64,000 nucleotides of DNA. Origin: an uncultured Gammaproteobacteria bacterium (GTDB lineage Bacteria; Patescibacteriota; Microgenomatia; UBA12405). Shown here piece after piece: positions 59,362-64,000 of the stretch (position 1 is the stretch's first letter; each line of letters begins with the position of its first letter). Below the pieces are notes generated by a model. That model searched no databases. It saw only the letters and a program-made list of their open reading frames with translations, and was not told where the DNA came from. A program made the position numbers and the translations under genes. The DNA is taken from positions 74,823 to 138,822 of the forward strand of contig CAYPBP010000001.1 of NCBI GenBank assembly GCA_964408995.1. The letters run 5' to 3'.

Positions 59362-60403
59362 AATCGCTATTTTTGAAGATCAAGATCTTGTTTTTGAACA
59401 AAAAATTGATCATGCTCAAGATGCTGATTTTCAACAAAAATTTAGCCGTCCAGGTAACGTTTTGGACCAATTTGAACATCGTTCAAAAGATATTGAATTT
59501 GTTTTAAAAGACAATCAAATCACTCAACTAGACGCCGTTGTTGGTCGAGGCGGCATGATACCTCCTGTTGTTTCTGGAACTTATCAAATCAATGACAAAA
59601 TGATTGATGATCTTGAAAACCGACCAATGGCCAACCATGCTTCCAATCTTGGTGCCCCGCTAGCCAAACAAATTGCCAAAGATTATAAAATTGAATATAA
59701 AGCTTTTATTGTTGACCCAGTTACCACCGACGAAATGGAACCAAAACATAAACTTACTGGCATTCCAGAAATCAAGCGATATGCTGGTTGGCATGCTCTT
59801 AACCAAAAAGCAGTTTGCAGAGAATATGCTGGATTAATAGGTAAAAAATACGAAGATTTAAACTTAATTGTGGCTCATTTTGGTGGAGGATCTTCTTTTG
59901 GTGCTCACAAAAAAGGTAAAACAGTCAATGTTATTAATGCTCTTTCAGGAGAAGGTCCATTTACCCCAGAAAGATCTGGAACAATCCCAGCTCAAGATTT
60001 AATTGAACTCTGTTTTTCCAAAAAATATTCAAAAGAAGAACTTTTACATAAAGTTTTAGGCGGTGGAGGAATTTTTGCTCATCTAAATACGAAAAACTTA
60101 AAACAATTAGAAATTGACTATCCTAGTTTAAATAAAGACAAAAAAGATGTTGTTGATGCCATGCTTTCTGGTTTTTCCAAATATATCTGCTCTGCTGTTT
60201 CCGATTTCGAAGGTGAAATAATCGATCAAATCATAATAACTGGTGGAGTTGCTCGTTGGCCTCTGGTAATTGAAACTGTTAAAAGAGATTGTCAAAACCT
60301 AAACATTGGCATTACTGTTATCCCTGGTGAAAAAGAATTAGAAGCTTTAAGAGATGGTGTTCTTAGAGTTTTAAATGGTCAAGAGAAAGTCAAAGAATAT
60401 TAA
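59321..60403 (+). CDS. buk: butyrate/acetate kinase family enzyme
   Basis: MKVLVINPGSTTTKIAIF N-terminus. The ASKHA fold and length of about 360 aa fit buk. Confidence 0.7.
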   Translation: MKVLVINPGSTTTKIAIFEDQDLVFEQKIDHAQDADFQQKFSRPGNVLDQFEHRSKDIEFVLKDNQITQLDAVVGRGGMIPPVVSGTYQINDKMIDDLENRPMANHASNLGAPLAKQIAKDYKIEYKAFIVDPVTTDEMEPKHKLTGIPEIKRYAGWHALNQKAVCREYAGLIGKKYEDLNLIVAHFGGGSSFGAHKKGKTVNVINALSGEGPFTPERSGTIPAQDLIELCFSKKYSKEELLHKVLGGGGIFAHLNTKNLKQLEIDYPSLNKDKKDVVDAMLSGFSKYICSAVSDFEGEIIDQIIITGGVARWPLVIETVKRDCQNLNIGITVIPGEKELEALRDGVLRVLNGQEKVKEY

Positions 60404-60407
60404 AATT

Positions 60408-62453
60408 CTATTCGTATCTCAAAGCATTAAGGGCTGATATTTTAGTAGCTCTTTTAGCTGGAAAATAACCAGTCAACATACCCACAAATATAGACAATAA
60501 TAAAACTGTAAACACTAAAGTTGGTGGAATATAAGAAACATTAACCATTCCCACCCCTTTAACTACCGAAAAAACACTTAACAATAGACTAACTATCTGA
60601 CCCATAACAGCACCTGCAATAAGACCAAGTATCCCTCCAAAAAATCCCATAATCATCGATTCAGTCAAAAATAATTCCTTAACTTCACTCGATTTCATTC
60701 CCATTGCTTTCATTAAACCAACTTCTCTAGTTCTTTCCAATAAAGACACTGTTAAAGTATTAAACATTCCCAATGCTGCCACAGCCAAAGCCACTGTTCC
60801 CAAAATTGCTAAAACTAATCTAAGACTCACAAACAGTTTATCAATTTGAGCCACTGTATCCGCCACTGACACTGTGGCATAACCATTAGCACCTAAAGTA
60901 GCTCTCACCTTAGCTAAGTTAACTGGATCATTTACCACTAATTTAATTTGAGAAAAACGATTTACACCCAAAGATCTTATATCAATAAAAGGAACATAAA
61001 TTACTGGAGTGCCCTCATCTGGATTAACTCCAATTATTGTATATTCCACCAAAGCTGATTGTAGTTTTTCATTTTGATCTTCCATTAATTCACCTAAAAC
61101 CACAAAAGAGAGAGATATCTTTTTACCAACAGCTTCAGACTCAGATAAATTCAAAACTTTAAGTACAGCTCTATTAACCAAAGCTACTTTTTTAGCTTGG
61201 CTTGATATCTCTACTAATTTATTTTCACTTTCAACCTGTACGGCTGATTCACTAGCAATCTCAACCACTGGCAATGAACCAGTCATGCTTTCAGTTGTAA
61301 TACCCAAAACACTCCCACTATCAGTATTTGCAACAACTTTCATTGAAATCTCAGCCATATATCCTTCTATTTGTTTTTGACCACCAGTATCATCCATTAT
61401 TGGCACGTAATTTCCATCTTCACAAGCTGAATTTATATTTTGGTCACATATTTCTTTTTGCCAAATTGGAACTTTAGTTTTAATCCATTTACTTAATTTA
61501 TTTCCATTGTCATCTACTAAGTTGGTATTTAAATCATCAGACTCTGGATAATAATTACCAACAAACTCCACTCCCAATTGTTTTCCTTCAACTTTTCGAG
61601 TATATCCAATTAATTTAGATTTAGAAGAACTGTCTTCTCGTACTTTAACCCAAGTCGATGGTTCAATTTGATATTCCACCTTACCTAGCTCATCTCCACT
61701 ACTAACCGTTTTGTTTTCTGTCATTACACCAGCCACCTGTCCAGCTTCTTGAGAAGAAACTAAAACTGAAATGTTATTGGCATCATTAAAAATTTTCCCC
61801 TTAACTGGTTGAATAGCCGAATTCTTTAAATAATCAGTTGTTACTCCATAAACAGCCATATCTGAAACTGATTGGTTATAAGAAACTTTGCCCACTACTG
61901 CAATTACTGGTGTTAATGCTTTAACATTAGGAATCTTAGAAAATTTAGACATTGTTTCTTCGGTTAAAGCCAAATCATCTCTTAAACCAGGTAAAGCATC
62001 TGCTTGTTTTAACTCATCCAATCTAGCAACTCTTGAAACCACTAATTTCTGTAACCCATAACCAATTGAAACTAGAAACACAATAAAAGCAATTCCAATA
62101 GCCATACCTCCCATGGTCACAATGGTTCTTGTTTTTTTTAATTTCATGTTTTGTATTGACAACTCAACCAAATAAGAACGATTAAAACTAGAGCATTTTT
62201 CTGGATCAATAACATTCATTATTTTCGTATTTACTTGATCAACTCTCAAAAGCCACTTTCGGCCAAAATTTTTTGGTATAAAGTGAAAGTTCAATATCCT
62301 ATTTATTATTTTATTAAAAACATACAAAAGCACTACTGCCATAAAAACAAAAATCGAAGCAATTTTTTTGAAAAGCGAATCAACTTTAGGTGACAAACAA
62401 TCTTTTACTTTATTTAGTTTGGAATAATTAATTTTATAAAAATCTTTTTTCAT
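60408..62453 (-). CDS. ABC transporter permease, FtsX/MacB-like with a large extracytoplasmic domain
   Basis: N-terminal TM, a periplasmic domain of about 450 aa, and a C-terminal FtsX four-TM bundle. Adjacent to an ABC ATPase. Confidence 0.75.
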   Translation of the reverse strand: MKKDFYKINYSKLNKVKDCLSPKVDSLFKKIASIFVFMAVVLLYVFNKIINRILNFHFIPKNFGRKWLLRVDQVNTKIMNVIDPEKCSSFNRSYLVELSIQNMKLKKTRTIVTMGGMAIGIAFIVFLVSIGYGLQKLVVSRVARLDELKQADALPGLRDDLALTEETMSKFSKIPNVKALTPVIAVVGKVSYNQSVSDMAVYGVTTDYLKNSAIQPVKGKIFNDANNISVLVSSQEAGQVAGVMTENKTVSSGDELGKVEYQIEPSTWVKVREDSSSKSKLIGYTRKVEGKQLGVEFVGNYYPESDDLNTNLVDDNGNKLSKWIKTKVPIWQKEICDQNINSACEDGNYVPIMDDTGGQKQIEGYMAEISMKVVANTDSGSVLGITTESMTGSLPVVEIASESAVQVESENKLVEISSQAKKVALVNRAVLKVLNLSESEAVGKKISLSFVVLGELMEDQNEKLQSALVEYTIIGVNPDEGTPVIYVPFIDIRSLGVNRFSQIKLVVNDPVNLAKVRATLGANGYATVSVADTVAQIDKLFVSLRLVLAILGTVALAVAALGMFNTLTVSLLERTREVGLMKAMGMKSSEVKELFLTESMIMGFFGGILGLIAGAVMGQIVSLLLSVFSVVKGVGMVNVSYIPPTLVFTVLLLSIFVGMLTGYFPAKRATKISALNALRYE

Positions 62454-62457
62454 TATT

Positions 62458-63216
62458 TTATTTGTCTAATTTAACTCTTTTTAATCCTGAGGTTTTACTT
62501 TTAACAAACTCTACTGGATCTGTTATTTCTTTTATAATCCTACCATTAAACATTTCTATTGCTCGATTAGCAAAAGTCAAATATTCCAAATCATGAGTAA
62601 CCATAATAATTGTTTTACCTTCTTTATTAAGGTTTTGTAATAATTTCATTAATTCTTGCCCTGACTCAAAATCTAAGTTTCCAGTTGGTTCATCAGCAAT
62701 TAGAATATCCGGATTAGTAACCATAGCCCTTGCTAAAGAGACTTTTTGTTGTTGACCAGAAGATAATTCTCCTGGAGCATAATTAGCCCATTGTTCCATT
62801 CCTACCATTCTTAAAATATCATTTGCTTTTTCTATGACATCTTTTTTTGGACAACCATTTAAACGCAAAGCAAAAACAATATTATTACGAACCGATAAAG
62901 CTTTAATCCAATTAGGCTGTTGATACACCATTCCAATATGACCTTTCCTAAATTCGGTTCGCATATCCTCATCCATTTTGTCGTAAATCATCTCACCTAA
63001 AAAATTTACACTTCCACTAGTTGGTCCTTCCAATCCTAAAAGAATATGTAGCAAAGTTGATTTACCACATCCAGATGGTCCAAAAAGAACCAAAAAATCA
63101 CCTTTATAAACAGACATAGAAATATCAAACAATACTTTAATTTCTTGTTCTGTTTTATAAAAAGTTTTAAAAACTTTTTCTACTTTTATAATAGTTTCTT
63201 TATTTTGTTTTTTCAT
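62458..63216 (-). CDS. ABC transporter ATP-binding protein (MacB/LolD-type)
   Basis: Walker A GPSGCGKST, signature LSGGQQQKVSLARA, Walker B ILIADEPT. Confidence 0.9.
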   Translation of the reverse strand: MKKQNKETIIKVEKVFKTFYKTEQEIKVLFDISMSVYKGDFLVLFGPSGCGKSTLLHILLGLEGPTSGSVNFLGEMIYDKMDEDMRTEFRKGHIGMVYQQPNWIKALSVRNNIVFALRLNGCPKKDVIEKANDILRMVGMEQWANYAPGELSSGQQQKVSLARAMVTNPDILIADEPTGNLDFESGQELMKLLQNLNKEGKTIIMVTHDLEYLTFANRAIEMFNGRIIKEITDPVEFVKSKTSGLKRVKLDK

Positions 63217-63221
63217 ATAAT

Positions 63222-64000
63222 TTATTTACTAATCAAACTAAAGAAACTAAATGCTTCTGATAAATTCTTAACCACTAAATCCAAAGCTGATTTAGTTGCC
63301 TTAGAAGCAATAATCACATTATCAATACCCTTGGTTTCATTCCCAGCTTTATCTTTTGAAATTACTCTTAAATGATAAACCTGGCTAGGAGTTAAGTTGG
63401 AAATAATAACTGTGTGATTGTTGGTCAAATTTCCATCTTCTTGAGTTTTTTGAGAATAGCTTGTTCCAGCTCCTTGGCCAAATTCTACTTGTGAAGTTGC
63501 TGGCTCGTCAGTATCCCAACTTACAATTATTTGAGAAGTAATTTCTCCAGCCACAAATCCCACTGGTGGAATAGTTCCCGTTATTAATTTCAAATTCATT
63601 ATTTGTGGTGGTCTAGTATCAGTAGCTGTAGTAAATCTTTGAGCATCAGACACAGCTTCATTACCCAATTTATCCCTACCTTTAACCGTCAAAATATAAT
63701 TAGTTTCTGGTAACAAACCTCGAACAACCATGGTGTGTACTCCTTTTTCTAAAACCACTCTTACATCATCTTTAATTGCTCCTCTATCATTTTCTGGATA
63801 ATAGGTAACTATTGAAGAAACTTCAGTATTAGTTGTCCAAGAAACTCTAACTGTAGTTTGAGCCGTATTTGCCACTTGTTCTAATCTAACCCCTGAAATT
63901 TTAGGGCGAGGGAGAGTAGAAAAGTCCAAAGTTGTTCCCTCATATTCACTGCCATCACTATCCAAAGTATTAATTTTATAATAATATTTAGTTCCATCTA
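63222..64000 (-). CDS. secreted protein with fibronectin type III repeats (partial; N-terminus lies beyond the window end)
   Basis: Two FN3-like repeats (PPQIMNLKL...; TPSQVYHLRVISKDKAGNE). The reading frame stays open through position 64000. Confidence 0.5.
   Translation of the reverse strand, partial: DGTKYYYKINTLDSDGSEYEGTTLDFSTLPRPKISGVRLEQVANTAQTTVRVSWTTNTEVSSIVTYYPENDRGAIKDDVRVVLEKGVHTMVVRGLLPETNYILTVKGRDKLGNEAVSDAQRFTTATDTRPPQIMNLKLITGTIPPVGFVAGEITSQIIVSWDTDEPATSQVEFGQGAGTSYSQKTQEDGNLTNNHTVIISNLTPSQVYHLRVISKDKAGNETKGIDNVIIASKATKSALDLVVKNLSEAFSFFSLISK

Noticed and set aside
1-64000. Searched for rRNA genes, CRISPR arrays, integrase/transposase genes and RNase P/tmRNA/SRP-like conserved RNAs
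   Set aside because: No rRNA-like conserved stretches, no direct-repeat/spacer arrays and no recombinase-like ORFs were seen. Structured ncRNAs cannot be excluded without covariance-model searches.

Overview
This is an AT-rich window (about 28-30% GC) that is almost entirely coding. Its gene content and the mostly weak or absent Shine-Dalgarno sequences fit a small-genome, CPR/Patescibacteria-like bacterium; that is inference, not something I could test. The main blocks are described from start to end.

- 1-11.4 kb: a surface-glycan locus with GT2/GT4 glycosyltransferases, a Wzy/O-antigen-ligase-like protein, ManC, a WbaP-type sugar transferase and a DUF4012 protein.
- 11.4-18.2 kb: recO-like and purine genes (purM-like, purT, purQ, and purL with an N-terminal extension).
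- 18.5-19.9 kb: glyQS.
- 20.6-36.8 kb: a division/cell-wall (dcw) cluster, rsmH-ftsL-ftsI-murE-(Bpt/Ate-like)-murC-murA-mraY-NlpC/P60-...-ftsW-murG-ftsQ?-ftsA-ftsZ. It is interrupted at 29.6-31.8 kb by a divergent unit of a LysW-like zinc-ribbon carrier protein, a ThrC-like PLP enzyme and an ATP-grasp ligase.
- 36.8-38.3 kb: a RelE/Phd toxin-antitoxin pair plus a gene with a strong SD, next to a 15-nt copy of the tRNA-Val 5' end.
- 38.3-41.6 kb: rodA, rplU, rpmA, parB, lepB, tRNA-Val.
- 41.6-47.6 kb: a large secreted PT-linker lipase and a second glycosyltransferase/Wzy set.
- 47.7-50.4 kb: tRNA-Thr, tRNA-Gly, a LysM protein, arsR, ndk, patatin.
- 50.4-51.7 kb: a GC-richer two-gene cassette of unknown function with strong SDs, ending in a terminator that abuts tRNA-Asp.
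- 51.9-64.0 kb: lemA, htpX, dnaE, rplS, a degenerate tRNA-Lys-like fragment, tRNA-Lys, lgt, buk, and a MacB-like ABC pair.

I found no CRISPR array and no rRNA. A GC-rich palindromic repeat family with a CCCGCAG/CTGCGGG core occurs at three loci, and a TAATACT heptamer tandem repeat also occurs at three loci, in one case inside a CDS.
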